Assembly: GCA_045613445.1 (NCBI GenBank)
Contig: JAZLAZ010000027.1
Span: forward strand, 674 to 64,673
Direction of reading: 5' to 3'
DNA length: 64,000 bases
Source of the DNA: Candidatus Enterousia sp.
Lineage (GTDB): Bacteria; Pseudomonadota; Alphaproteobacteria; Rs-D84
Below the pieces are notes generated by a model. It was not told the origin of the DNA. It saw nothing but the letters and a program-made list of their open reading frames with translations, and searched no databases. Positions within the stretch are counted from its first letter, which is position 1. Each line of letters opens with the position of its first letter. Made by a program: the position numbers and the translations under genes. Of this stretch, positions 47,940-57,807 are shown piece after piece.

Positions 47940-48938
47940 TTATAACAACACCTTGAAATCATTCCAGAAATCTACTTTGGAAGTATCTTTGGAAACAACC
48001 TTCCAAAAAATCAATCCCATCGCACATATCACAGGCATTACTGTAATAATACCAAAACTGATTAAACTGATTGCAAACAGTTTATTTCCCAGTCCATACA
48101 GTGGATTTGTAGCATGAATCACAGACAACACAAACATCGCAGCACATATTACCATTACCCCAGCATAAACAGGCACAGCTTCGGTCAAAACGAACAATGA
48201 CATCGCCAACAAAGTCAAAACACGTCCCAACCACTTTAATTTTACAAACACTGATTTATGAATTTTACCCAACGGCTTGACATTTGACGCCACAACTGCT
48301 CCAACCGCCGAAACAACAAATACCAACACAGATAATAAATGCCAAACTGTCAAATTTCCCAACTGACCAAATCTAAAAAATTCAGGCTGCATCAATATCG
48401 CCATCATTGTTGTCATCATAACCAAAACACAACCGCCCATCGGCCGCATTTTTCCACCTGCGACACGACCGCAAACAGCACCTAAAAACAACGCGCTGAT
48501 TTGCAATATTGGCCCCCACCACGCATGCATATCCGACATGCCAACAAACAACAAAACCACAAATACAACCAACCATTGTTTCCACCCCTTGTGTGGCAAG
48601 GGATATTCGCGTACATGTGAAGACACAAATAACGCTGACAAAAATACAATAACTGCAGTCAACATCGGCAAAACAGACAAATCATCACGCAAAACGGCAT
48701 AATTACCACCAAACAAGACAACCCATATAAAAATAAAAATTACAGTCCAAACAGATACTTGCGACAACAAATTATCACGATTCCAACCGATGCGTTTGAT
48801 AAAATCACCCGCGTATAAATAAACCATATAGAATAACGGCAACATCAAAACAGCCCACCATAAAAACGCAGGGCCAACCAATGCAGCATTATTAAATGCA
48901 CTAACTGCGCTTTGCACAACAGAAACATAATCAAACAT
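47940..48938 (-). CDS. Polytopic inner-membrane protein, ~10 transmembrane helices, function unknown
   Basis: 332-aa ORF made almost entirely of hydrophobic helices. Occupies the position where fabZ usually precedes lpxA. Confidence 0.65.
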   Translation of the reverse strand: MFDYVSVVQSAVSAFNNAALVGPAFLWWAVLMLPLFYMVYLYAGDFIKRIGWNRDNLLSQVSVWTVIFIFIWVVLFGGNYAVLRDDLSVLPMLTAVIVFLSALFVSSHVREYPLPHKGWKQWLVVFVVLLFVGMSDMHAWWGPILQISALFLGAVCGRVAGGKMRPMGGCVLVMMTTMMAILMQPEFFRFGQLGNLTVWHLLSVLVFVVSAVGAVVASNVKPLGKIHKSVFVKLKWLGRVLTLLAMSLFVLTEAVPVYAGVMVICAAMFVLSVIHATNPLYGLGNKLFAISLISFGIITVMPVICAMGLIFWKVVSKDTSKVDFWNDFKVLL

Positions 48939-48978
48939 ATACTTGCCTTTTAACTTTTTATATTTATTATAAATACCA

Positions 48979-49665
48979 ATGAGTACAAAACAAGCAATTT
49001 TTACCTTGATGGGTGGTCGTGTCGAAATGCACCGCAGTTTTTACAACCCGACATCAGATGCTGTGTGGTTGGCCGCATTTGCACCGACACACGCAAAAAC
49101 CGTTCTGGATGTTGGCATTGGTACAGGCGGCGTATCATTGTGTTTATTAGCACACAATTCAGAAGCCCAAATTACAGGCATTGACAATTCACCAGAAATG
49201 CTGGACGAATGTCGCAAGAACATCGTACTAAACAATCGCACAATAGAGTTGATAGAAGAGGATATATTCAAATGGAAAACCGAACGCACATTTGATTTAG
49301 TCATCACGAATCCTCCTTATTTTACAGGCACACCAGCGCGTCATCATGCGCATCATAATGTTGATTTGACCAGATGGGTTGCGCGTTGCATGTGCAGACT
49401 ACGTTCAATGGGAACATTTTGCATAATCACAGACGCAACAACAATTGCGATTGTTTTACCAGAAATGACAAAAAAGCTGGCCGACATTAAAATATTTCCA
49501 TTATTTGGTGGCAAAGATACTGCCGAACGCGTTTTAATATCTGGCCGCTTAGGCACACGCGGTATCAGTTCTGTTCATCGCGGATTATCAATGAATTATG
49601 AACCAGTTTTGCGTGATGGCTTGACTATTGAAGAAGCGTTGTCTAAAATATCCCAGACATGTTAA
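48979..49665 (+). CDS. SAM-dependent methyltransferase, TrmN6/YfiC-like (tRNA m6A37 type)
   Basis: Motif I VLDVGIGTGGVSL and motif IV DLVITNPPYF. Confidence 0.7.
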   Translation: MSTKQAIFTLMGGRVEMHRSFYNPTSDAVWLAAFAPTHAKTVLDVGIGTGGVSLCLLAHNSEAQITGIDNSPEMLDECRKNIVLNNRTIELIEEDIFKWKTERTFDLVITNPPYFTGTPARHHAHHNVDLTRWVARCMCRLRSMGTFCIITDATTIAIVLPEMTKKLADIKIFPLFGGKDTAERVLISGRLGTRGISSVHRGLSMNYEPVLRDGLTIEEALSKISQTC

Positions 49666-50939
49666 ACTTTATAACACGATATTTTACATCACTGTGGGCA
49701 TTTGTCACATCGCCATTTCGTGCGATATGGCGTATAATTTCACGCATTTTCCCACCGCGTCAGTTTACAGTAATGGACACCCCGAACGGTAATGTGTATT
49801 CGTACGAACAAAGCAGTTTTTGGCGTTTTACACGCTTTTGTGGCAAGGTTGGATTATTTTTATGGGCAACATGGTCTACATATGTTTTTGTGTACCATCG
49901 TCCATTATTACAAATGCGCACACAACAGCTGGAACAAGTTCGTGACACGCATTCACGTCACATGACAGACTTACAAACATACCTGGCAAAGTACACAACA
50001 TTGGCGCGCGACTTGAACATTATCGACGACAAAATCCTGAATGCCAAAGACAAAACAGACAAAGAAAAAGAATCATTGATGAACAGTCGCAGCAAGACAT
50101 GGGGCGAATTAGAATTCTTGCGCACACGCATTGTCGAAATGTTAAAAGACGAAGATTACACCCCAGAACATACAAAAATGTCAGAACTATCGACTGAATA
50201 TGAGCTGACACGCGCTGAAAATGACGAATTAAAGAAACGCAACACTCAAATGCTAGAAGCAATGTTACAAATTGCCGAAGCAGACAACATCATCGTTGAT
50301 ACTGTGGGCAGTTTAACCAAGACCAACACTGATGAATTACACAAAAATATAAAACAAATCAATAACACTCTTTCGACATTGGGGTTAAACGAAAAAGCAC
50401 TTATACGCAGTGTAAATAAATACTCTAATCCACTGGTCGGATCTGCATTTACACCTATTGAATTTAACAAAGATTTAGATGAAAAATATCAAAAACTAGC
50501 AGATGGTTTGGAACGCTGGAACGGTCTGCGTCGCTTAAATGAAGTTTTACCACTGGGCAAGCCTGTTAAATCCAGAATTACATCAAATTATGGTACACGC
50601 AACGATCCATTTACAGGCAAACCGAAAAAGCATCGTGGCATTGATTTTGCAGGAAAAATCGGCACAGAATTGATGGCTGTCGCCCCAGGTCGTGTTGTAT
50701 CTGCGGGCGAACGCGTTGGGTATGGCACAACCGTTGAAATTGATCATGGACTTGGGTTTACAACACTGTATGCACACTTGTCCCAAATAAATGTATCGCG
50801 TGGCGACTGGGTTCGCCCAGGCACAGTAATTGGTTTGGCTGGTTCTTCTGGCCGTTCAACTGGTCCGCACTTGCATTACGAAATCAGATACAAGGGCGCA
50901 CCATTTGATCCAACAAAATTCGTACAAGGGGAAAAATAA
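49659..50939 (+). CDS. M23-family metallopeptidase (LytM domain) with N-terminal transmembrane helix and coiled coil (LmdC-like)
   Basis: C-terminal HRGIDFAG...GYGTTVEIDHGLGFTTLYAHLS...GSSGRSTGPHLHYEIR. Confidence 0.85.
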   Translation: MLNFITRYFTSLWAFVTSPFRAIWRIISRIFPPRQFTVMDTPNGNVYSYEQSSFWRFTRFCGKVGLFLWATWSTYVFVYHRPLLQMRTQQLEQVRDTHSRHMTDLQTYLAKYTTLARDLNIIDDKILNAKDKTDKEKESLMNSRSKTWGELEFLRTRIVEMLKDEDYTPEHTKMSELSTEYELTRAENDELKKRNTQMLEAMLQIAEADNIIVDTVGSLTKTNTDELHKNIKQINNTLSTLGLNEKALIRSVNKYSNPLVGSAFTPIEFNKDLDEKYQKLADGLERWNGLRRLNEVLPLGKPVKSRITSNYGTRNDPFTGKPKKHRGIDFAGKIGTELMAVAPGRVVSAGERVGYGTTVEIDHGLGFTTLYAHLSQINVSRGDWVRPGTVIGLAGSSGRSTGPHLHYEIRYKGAPFDPTKFVQGEK

Positions 50940-50940
50940 A

Positions 50941-51306
50941 ATGCTGGCATTTACAAACGCATCAGAAAAACAATCGCCGACCGTCATTGGGGCAGGCTGC
51001 AAACTAACAGGCGACATAAAAACAGACCATAATGTACAAATTCATGGTGAAGTTGTTGGTAATATCACAGCAGAAACAGTTGTTATTGGTCGTGGTGGGA
51101 TTGTTATTGGTGACATAAATGCACCTGTATTATTTTTACATGGCACACTGGATGGTTCTGCAACGGTCAACACAGCCAATATTTTTAATGCCGCAAAAAT
51201 GACAGGGACACTGGCATACAACACATTGAACATTACAGGCAACACAGGTCTGGATTGTAAATTATCGAAACGCAAGGAAAATAAAAAAGGAAAAACCAAT
51301 GAATAA
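50941..51306 (+). CDS. Bactofilin (DUF583 beta-helical cytoskeletal protein)
   Basis: ATG directly after the M23 stop. Repetitive Gly/Val/Ile-rich beta-helix sequence (GDIKTDHNVQIHGEVVGNITAETVVIGRGGIVIGDI). Confidence 0.8.
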   Translation: MLAFTNASEKQSPTVIGAGCKLTGDIKTDHNVQIHGEVVGNITAETVVIGRGGIVIGDINAPVLFLHGTLDGSATVNTANIFNAAKMTGTLAYNTLNITGNTGLDCKLSKRKENKKGKTNE

Positions 51307-51745
51307 AAATGTATCACGTGTTTTTATTGCGGCAGACCATCGTGGGGTCGGTCTAAAGTTATACTTGATTGAAATGTTGGCCGCAGCCGGATACAACACT
51401 GTAAATCTGGGCGTTGACGACCCGAACACATCTGTTGATTATCCTGATATTGCGGCGACACTGGCGGATGCCATGTTGAACGAACCAGATTCCCGTGGCA
51501 TTATTATTTGTGGTACAGGAGCAGGAATTATGATTGCTGCAAACAGATACAAGCACATTCGCGCATCGCGTTGCAATACACCAAATCAGGCACGCGACGA
51601 CCGTTTTCACGATGACACAAATGTAATTGCATTGGCGGCAGATGATATCGATATCGAAGTTGCATTTCTGTGTGTCCAAGCATTCTTGGAATCACCATTT
51701 GATGCATCAGAGCGTCGCATTCGTCGCATACAAAAGATATCATAA
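51299..51745 (+). CDS. rpiB: Ribose-5-phosphate isomerase B
   Basis: RpiB/LacAB family motifs (IAADHRGVGLK ... GIIICGTGAGIMIAANR). Confidence 0.85.
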   Translation: MNKNVSRVFIAADHRGVGLKLYLIEMLAAAGYNTVNLGVDDPNTSVDYPDIAATLADAMLNEPDSRGIIICGTGAGIMIAANRYKHIRASRCNTPNQARDDRFHDDTNVIALAADDIDIEVAFLCVQAFLESPFDASERRIRRIQKIS

Positions 51746-51776
51746 AAAAATCCCCCAAACTGGGGGATTTTTTTAC
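51744..51776. terminator. Bidirectional terminator hairpin AAAAAAATCCCCCAAACTGGGGGATTTTTTT, 31-nt core identical to the copy at 53844
   Basis: Shared between the rpiB 3' end (plus strand) and the 3' end of the minus-strand repeat-protein gene. Confidence 0.7.
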
Positions 51777-53521
51777 ATTGGCACAATCGTAGTTATATCA
51801 TAAACATGATAAATCATATCGTTATATTTTATTTTTAGTTTATTTGTACTATCCCGCATGATATTTGTTTCAATTGGTGTCATTGCCCCATAGTACAAAG
51901 CATCATCAACAACGACATGTAATGCAGGTTCAGTTGTTTTATACGACAACAAACCCACCGTATCATCATTTACATGTAACTTTCGCAAATTCCCACGATA
52001 ACACATACGAGCATCTGTTGCGCCAAGAACAGAATTCGGAAAGTCATCAGGGCACGGCGCACACGCAACTTTTTTGTTCCAATCTTGTTCAAACCCAGTA
52101 ATATACTGATAATATCTTGGCGGACATTTGGTAGTCAAACTAGTCGCATTAAAAATACCACCCATCACCCCTAATTTATTGTCATTATTTAACCCAGCGA
52201 ACAAAGTATCTGGCACAAAACCAGACAAATTTGAACATCCACCGAACATATATCCGAACATTTCAACATCTAAGGTTCCAGAAATATTTCCAAACAATTT
52301 TTCAGGTAATTTTGTCAAACCAGAACAATAATAAAAAGTTGAATAAAACATACTTTTTGCAATTCCACTTACACCGGCAAACAAATTTTCTGGTATCGAC
52401 TTTATCCCAGAACATCTGCTAAAAGTTCCTTTGAACATTGAATCTGCTGCACCATACACTCCTGCAAATAAGTTTTCTGGTATTGCGGTTATGTTTGTAC
52501 ATCCATTAAAAGTATTCTCAAACATCCCAATACTTGAACCACTAATTCCCAAAAATAAATTCTTTGGAATTTCAGTCAGTTTTGAGCATCCATAAAAGGT
52601 ATGTGAAAATGCAGCACGTGCATTACCTGTTACATGAGAAAATAAATTTTCAGGAATTTTTTTCAAATTTGAGCACCCCGAAAAAGTAGCACAAAACAAC
52701 CATTCCCCCGCTACTGTAATACCAGCGAACAGATTTTCTGGGATATTTTCTAATTTACTGCACCCATAAAAAGTATAGTAAAACACAGAATTATTTATAC
52801 CCGTAATACTTGCAAATAATCCTGTTGGCACATTTACTAAACTAGTACATTCTGCAAATGTATACGAAAACAAACTATAACCAATGCCATGAACACCAGA
52901 AAACAAATCTGCGGGCACAGTTGTTAAACCCGTACAACCACGAAAAGTTTCTTTGAACATCGCATCACCAATATTTACAATAAAATTTGGGAACAAATTT
53001 TCTGGCAATTCCTTCAACCCAACACAGCCAGCAAATGCTTGCGCAAACATATTGCTAAATCCATAATAATCACCCGCAAACAAATTTTTTGGAATCGATA
53101 CAAGATTTTTACAATTTTGAAAAACACCGTTAAATCGGACTGGCAAATATGTACCACTGCTATTACGTAATGTCGGAAACAACGCTGTCAAAGAGCCCTC
53201 TAAACGACTGATATTCAAATTATTCGCAAACGATATTGACGCTGTAGCAGAAGTATATCCAGTTGCAACACCATCAAATCCAATTATATACTCATTGGCA
53301 ATGTCATATATATGCGAATACACTGTTTGAATCGTATCTGTTCTATTTATCGTTTCAACAGTTCCATCTCCCCAATCCACCGTAAAAAAACCTTGTGCCG
53401 ACATACTAAAACTGAATTCCACTGTATCAGGTGTGGTCACAACCGTAAACTTCGGCTTTATTGACTCCGCATGTGCAACAGAACATAGCATAATTAAACA
53501 TATACATAAAATTTTTATCAT
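51773..53521 (-). CDS. Secreted PKD-like plus BspA-type LRR-like repeat protein, paralog 2
   Basis: ATG at 53521 with a GGGGGG RBS; the TTG at 53548 is the alternative. Signal peptide MIKILCICLIMLCSVAHA, VDWGDGTVE..YSHIYD PKD-like signature, then ~12 repeats of FxxTFxGCxxLxxIPxNLFAGIxG. Confidence 0.75.
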   Translation of the reverse strand: MIKILCICLIMLCSVAHAESIKPKFTVVTTPDTVEFSFSMSAQGFFTVDWGDGTVETINRTDTIQTVYSHIYDIANEYIIGFDGVATGYTSATASISFANNLNISRLEGSLTALFPTLRNSSGTYLPVRFNGVFQNCKNLVSIPKNLFAGDYYGFSNMFAQAFAGCVGLKELPENLFPNFIVNIGDAMFKETFRGCTGLTTVPADLFSGVHGIGYSLFSYTFAECTSLVNVPTGLFASITGINNSVFYYTFYGCSKLENIPENLFAGITVAGEWLFCATFSGCSNLKKIPENLFSHVTGNARAAFSHTFYGCSKLTEIPKNLFLGISGSSIGMFENTFNGCTNITAIPENLFAGVYGAADSMFKGTFSRCSGIKSIPENLFAGVSGIAKSMFYSTFYYCSGLTKLPEKLFGNISGTLDVEMFGYMFGGCSNLSGFVPDTLFAGLNNDNKLGVMGGIFNATSLTTKCPPRYYQYITGFEQDWNKKVACAPCPDDFPNSVLGATDARMCYRGNLRKLHVNDDTVGLLSYKTTEPALHVVVDDALYYGAMTPIETNIMRDSTNKLKIKYNDMIYHVYDITTIVPM

Positions 53522-53548
53522 ACACCCCCCGATATAATGGTGGGGCAA

Positions 53549-53843
53549 TAATTACTGTCAAGGTTTCGGTCAGAAATATTACCCCAAAAGAAAACCGCCA
53601 CAAAAATGACGGTCGGGAAGGTTGATAAACATACAAAGTAATGCCCCCATGGTCTTTAGGAAATTTCCCTGAACATACACCACAGGCCCCCCAACCACAA
53701 TCAGGGTAAAAACGGTGCGATGGCACCGAATTGCTTCGGATTACGATGCATTCGCACCGACTTTGTATGAGCTTATCAAGGCCCGAACCGACATCCCTGT
53801 CAGTTCAGTTTACATTTTATTAAAATAACATATGCTATTTCAA
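53549..53843 (-). other. 325-bp noncoding leader upstream of the repeat-protein gene, with nested inverted repeats
   Basis: No credible ORF. Minus-strand transcript would contain GGTGCGA..(CCGAA-GCAA-TTCGG)..TCGCACC and further hairpins. Confidence 0.4.
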
Positions 53844-53877
53844 TAAAAAAATCCCCCAAACTGGGGGATTTTTTTAT
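53844..53877. terminator. Bidirectional terminator hairpin AAAAAAATCCCCCAAACTGGGGGATTTTTTT, identical to the copy at 51744
   Basis: Immediately downstream of the minus-strand gene 53874..54593. Confidence 0.7.
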
Positions 53878-54593
53878 TTCATTTTACATCCAATCGCTTT
53901 TTTCAAACCTGCTGTTATATCTTTGTTATTTTCATATATTTTTAACACATTTTCTGTTTCAGCCGCATGCGTTCTTAAATAACCATCTAAAATTGCAACA
54001 GCCATATCTGTAAATACTTTATCATCTTTAATAGAAATTTTACCACTTGATAACATATCAAAATAAACACGTTCTTTCGCAGACATACGACCAATAATAT
54101 CCCCAGATGCCGCCACCAATTTTGCAACTTGCGTATCACTTAAACGATGTTTTCCTTGCAGTTCTTTTAACTCGCTCATCATATCAATTGTATCTAAATC
54201 CATTTTTGTTTGCTTAAAATACCATGCAGTAACAGACAACCACCATAATGACAACAGCAGATTTGCCAGCCAAGTACCATGCGCACGAAATCCAGGATTT
54301 GGATTGACTTTTAATTCACCTGTTTTATATGTGTTATCATCAACAATATACTTATCCACAGGAATATATGCATCATGGATTGCCTTTTTATACGGCATAT
54401 AGATTTTATTTTTCGCACGACACAGCATTGTATCCGGTGTAGATTGCAAAAACATCCAAGAAACATTTCCTATAAAAAACAACGCAATTGCACCCGCAAT
54501 ATTCGTTTGAACAAAATTCGAAAACATTAAATCTTTACGAGTAAAATTTGTATACTTTTTATACAAAGCATCATTTTTTTCGTTTTTTTGCAT
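53874..54593 (-). CDS. Hypothetical membrane protein, 239 aa (two hydrophobic helices)
   Basis: ORF with predicted transmembrane helices (IAGAIALFFIGNVSWMF and LLLSLWWLSVTAWYF). Confidence 0.55.
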   Translation of the reverse strand: MQKNEKNDALYKKYTNFTRKDLMFSNFVQTNIAGAIALFFIGNVSWMFLQSTPDTMLCRAKNKIYMPYKKAIHDAYIPVDKYIVDDNTYKTGELKVNPNPGFRAHGTWLANLLLSLWWLSVTAWYFKQTKMDLDTIDMMSELKELQGKHRLSDTQVAKLVAASGDIIGRMSAKERVYFDMLSSGKISIKDDKVFTDMAVAILDGYLRTHAAETENVLKIYENNKDITAGLKKAIGCKMK

Positions 54594-54612
54594 ATTCTAC
54601 CCCCATTGCCTC

Positions 54613-55335
54613 TTATTGTAATTTTTTCGTCCATTCGTTATCTGGGAAATTCAGTTTCAGCATCTGCGCATATCCATCTGCTTGTTCTGGCAACCCAATC
54701 GCAGTATAACATTCTGTCAAACGATACATTGCCTCTGCTGTCATAACTGTTTCTTGGGCATCTGTCACAACAGACTGTAAACGATTTATTGCACTGGCCC
54801 AATTTTCTTTTTTCATATCATTTCGTGCAGAATACATAACTTTACCTGCGATATAGTTTTTTAAGATAACAATCTTGTTTTCTGCATTTTTTGCATACGG
54901 GCTGCGCGGGAAACGTTTTACCAGTGCTTGAAACTGTTGCAACGCATACGCACTCATCCCTGGTTCGCGACGCACATCACTGACCTGACGGTAATAGCAC
55001 ATTCCGCGCAAATACATTACATACGGAACATCCTTATGTCCCGGATGAAAGCGCATAAATCTGTCTGTGGCCAATATTGCACCAGGGAAATCCCCATCCA
55101 TATACTGCGAATACGCTGCCATAATCAATGCGTCTGCAGCCCACGGACTGGCCGGATATTGTGTTTCTGCCTTTAAGAAATCTGCAGCGGCCTGTTCATA
55201 ATTTTCATCGTTAAATTCTTCATACGCAGATGTATATATATCCACCAAAGGCAATTCTGTAACAACAAAATCTTCTGTTCCAGCACATCCTGTCAGAACA
55301 GATGTCAACACCATAAGCATTACAATTTTTTTCAT
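54613..55335 (-). CDS. bamD: Outer-membrane protein assembly factor BamD (lipoprotein with TPR repeats)
   Basis: Lipobox LTGCAG after the signal peptide, and TPR-like repeats typical of BamD/YfiO/ComL. Confidence 0.8.
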   Translation of the reverse strand: MKKIVMLMVLTSVLTGCAGTEDFVVTELPLVDIYTSAYEEFNDENYEQAAADFLKAETQYPASPWAADALIMAAYSQYMDGDFPGAILATDRFMRFHPGHKDVPYVMYLRGMCYYRQVSDVRREPGMSAYALQQFQALVKRFPRSPYAKNAENKIVILKNYIAGKVMYSARNDMKKENWASAINRLQSVVTDAQETVMTAEAMYRLTECYTAIGLPEQADGYAQMLKLNFPDNEWTKKLQ

Positions 55336-55387
55336 AACTTAAATCCTGTCTTGATTTTCAATTTCATAACGCAGTATAATCTAAACT

Positions 55388-56848
55388 ATGAAACTAGGCA
55401 AACATATTTTCGGCGTTGGCGCAATGACTGGAATCAGTCGCATATTTGGATTTATTCGTGACATGCTGATTGCGCGCGTTTTGGGAGCAGGGCGTCTGTC
55501 CGACATATTCTTGGCTGCGTTCAAGTTACCAAACATGTTTCGTGATCTATTGGGCGAAGGCGCATTGTCTGCCATATTTATTCCAATGTATACAGATTCT
55601 AAAAAAGACGAAGGATTTGCACGAAATGCTTTTTCTTGGCTGATGGTTATATTACTAGGCATAACTATTCTGTTTGAAATATTTATGCCATTAGTCATAT
55701 GGTTCTTGGCACCTGGGTTTGATGCCACACCTGGCAAAATGGAAATGACAATCATTATATCACGCATAATGTTTGTATATGTAATCTTTATATGTGGCGC
55801 TGCTTTTTTATCTGCGATATTAAATGCATTTTCAAGATTTTTACTGGCTGCATTTATGCCTGTACTATTAAATATTATGCTGATATGCACATTACTGTTT
55901 GCCATGCTGTTTGGCAGTACACATATACTATATCTAATGGCTATTACAGTTGTATTATCTGGCATTATTCAGTTTGGTGTTTTGTGGTCGCGTATTCGCC
56001 GAAAACATTTCGGTCTGTATTTAGTAAAACCGCGTTGGACACCGAAAATCAGCAGCATGTTCAAGCGTCTTGGGGTCAGCATTATTGGTAATGGTTTTTA
56101 TCAGATTACCATTATTATCGGCACACTGGTTGCCAGTTTCCAAAGCGGGGCAGTATCATGGCTATATTATTCTGACAGAATTGTACAATTACCATTTGCG
56201 ATGATTGGTCTGGCGGTTGGCACAGTTTTAATGTCATCAATATCAAACGCTTTGACCAACAACAACATGCGCAGTGTATATATTCAGCAAAATTCAACAC
56301 TTCGTCGTTCAATGATGTTGATATTACCGTGCGTTGCGGGGTTATTTGTACTGGCCGAACCGATTATAAAGTTCTTGTTTGAATATGGTGCATGGACATC
56401 TGAATCGACCCATGCTGTTGCACTGGCGATTATGATCCAAGTATTTGTATTACCAGCGATGCTTATCAGTCAGATATATAACAAAACACTGTACGCATCC
56501 CAAGATGTAAAAACCCCTGTAAAGACCAGTATAATATCACTTAGTGTTGCTGCGTTATTGTATTTAGCATTATTCCCAGTCACAGGATATCTGGCGATAC
56601 CAATTGGCATTGTTGTCAGCGGTTATCTTAAAAACTATTTATTGGGGCGCGCGTGTCACAAGCGCGGTTTGGCGCAGCACGACAGCCGTACTATCCGTGC
56701 AATCATTACATTTGGCATACTGGCCACAATTTTAGGTGCTATATTATCAATGATTACTATTTCTAATATATGGACTCTGGGATTGGCGATTGTCGGATAC
56801 GGCATCATATATCTACCAATTGCGTATTTAATCGACCGCAAAATTTAA
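55388..56848 (+). CDS. murJ: Lipid II flippase MurJ (MviN)
   Basis: 486-aa polytopic ORF with the MurJ N-terminal signature ISRIFGFIRDMLIARVLGAG. Confidence 0.88.
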   Translation: MKLGKHIFGVGAMTGISRIFGFIRDMLIARVLGAGRLSDIFLAAFKLPNMFRDLLGEGALSAIFIPMYTDSKKDEGFARNAFSWLMVILLGITILFEIFMPLVIWFLAPGFDATPGKMEMTIIISRIMFVYVIFICGAAFLSAILNAFSRFLLAAFMPVLLNIMLICTLLFAMLFGSTHILYLMAITVVLSGIIQFGVLWSRIRRKHFGLYLVKPRWTPKISSMFKRLGVSIIGNGFYQITIIIGTLVASFQSGAVSWLYYSDRIVQLPFAMIGLAVGTVLMSSISNALTNNNMRSVYIQQNSTLRRSMMLILPCVAGLFVLAEPIIKFLFEYGAWTSESTHAVALAIMIQVFVLPAMLISQIYNKTLYASQDVKTPVKTSIISLSVAALLYLALFPVTGYLAIPIGIVVSGYLKNYLLGRACHKRGLAQHDSRTIRAIITFGILATILGAILSMITISNIWTLGLAIVGYGIIYLPIAYLIDRKI

Positions 56849-56925
56849 TACAAAAATAAAATTTGAATACAGGTCTTTTTTATGATAAAATAAAATCATA
56901 AATGTAATGGAAGGAGTCCTAAATC

Positions 56926-57807
56926 ATGAAAAAATTAGTTTCTTTGGCGGCATTGACCGCAATTCTGACAGGATGCGCAGATCTAAGTACAACAGGCCGC
57001 AGCACTAATTACGGTGCAGACGGTTTTGGCGAAGAACCATTGGTTGCAACAGCTGCGCCAGCTGAATCACTAAACGACGCATATTTATTGGCAGCTGCAC
57101 CAAAATATTATGTTGGATCTGCATACAAGGTTGATGATGTACAATACATCCCTGTAGAAGATATGACATACAATCAAACAGGTATCGCGGGTATAATCCC
57201 TACTGAATTAAACAGCAGCAAAACCAGTAACGGCGAAGTGTTTGATATAAATCAAATGGTCGCAACCAGCAAAACATTACCATTGCCAACAATTGCCCGT
57301 GTAACTAATTTAGACAACGGTCAATCTGTTATTGTACGCGTAAACAATCGCGGTCCGTTTGTAAACACTCGTTTAATGGACTTATCGCCAGCAGCCGCAC
57401 AAAAAATCGGTCTAAACGGTCAAGCAAAAGTACAAATTCAAGTTATGCCAGAACAATCAACTGCTGTTAAAAACGCAACATTGGGTGCATCTACACCACA
57501 ACCAGTTGTACAGCCAACAGCAACGACACCGATTGAAACAACAACAGTTGCTGCAACACCAGCATCTGGCCCATACAGCATCCAATTGGCCGCTTTCTAT
57601 GCACAAGACAGCGCAGATGCATTAGCAAACCGTATAAAAACATACGGCGATGCAGTCGTCGTCAACGAAGGCGACCTGTTCAAAGTCCGCATTATCAACA
57701 TGGATGCCACCAAGGCACGTAGCGTTATTGATGCATTACGCACAAACGAAGGCATGGCCCCAGGCTTATTAAAAGATGGTCGTTGGGTAAACGCTGACAG
57801 CATTTAA
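56926..57807 (+). CDS. rlpA: Septal-ring lytic transglycosylase RlpA-like lipoprotein (DPBB domain plus C-terminal SPOR domain)
   Basis: Lipobox LTGCAD. DPBB region ..IARVTNLDNGQSVIVRVNNRGPF... C-terminal SPOR-like YSIQLAAFYAQDSADALANRI. Confidence 0.8.
   Translation: MKKLVSLAALTAILTGCADLSTTGRSTNYGADGFGEEPLVATAAPAESLNDAYLLAAAPKYYVGSAYKVDDVQYIPVEDMTYNQTGIAGIIPTELNSSKTSNGEVFDINQMVATSKTLPLPTIARVTNLDNGQSVIVRVNNRGPFVNTRLMDLSPAAAQKIGLNGQAKVQIQVMPEQSTAVKNATLGASTPQPVVQPTATTPIETTTVAATPASGPYSIQLAAFYAQDSADALANRIKTYGDAVVVNEGDLFKVRIINMDATKARSVIDALRTNEGMAPGLLKDGRWVNADSI

Noticed and set aside
53427-53726. 99-aa Cys-rich minus-strand ORF in the long leader region
   Set aside because: Overlaps the start of the repeat-protein gene out of frame. 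It has a TTG start and no RBS. More likely structured RNA than coding.
53549-53873. Possible tmRNA or SRP RNA in the 325-bp noncoding region
   Set aside because: No tRNA-like T-arm/acceptor with CCA, no tag-peptide reading frame ending in AA-stop, and no SRP domain IV (GGAAG..AGCAG) motif. Kept only as a generic structured leader candidate.
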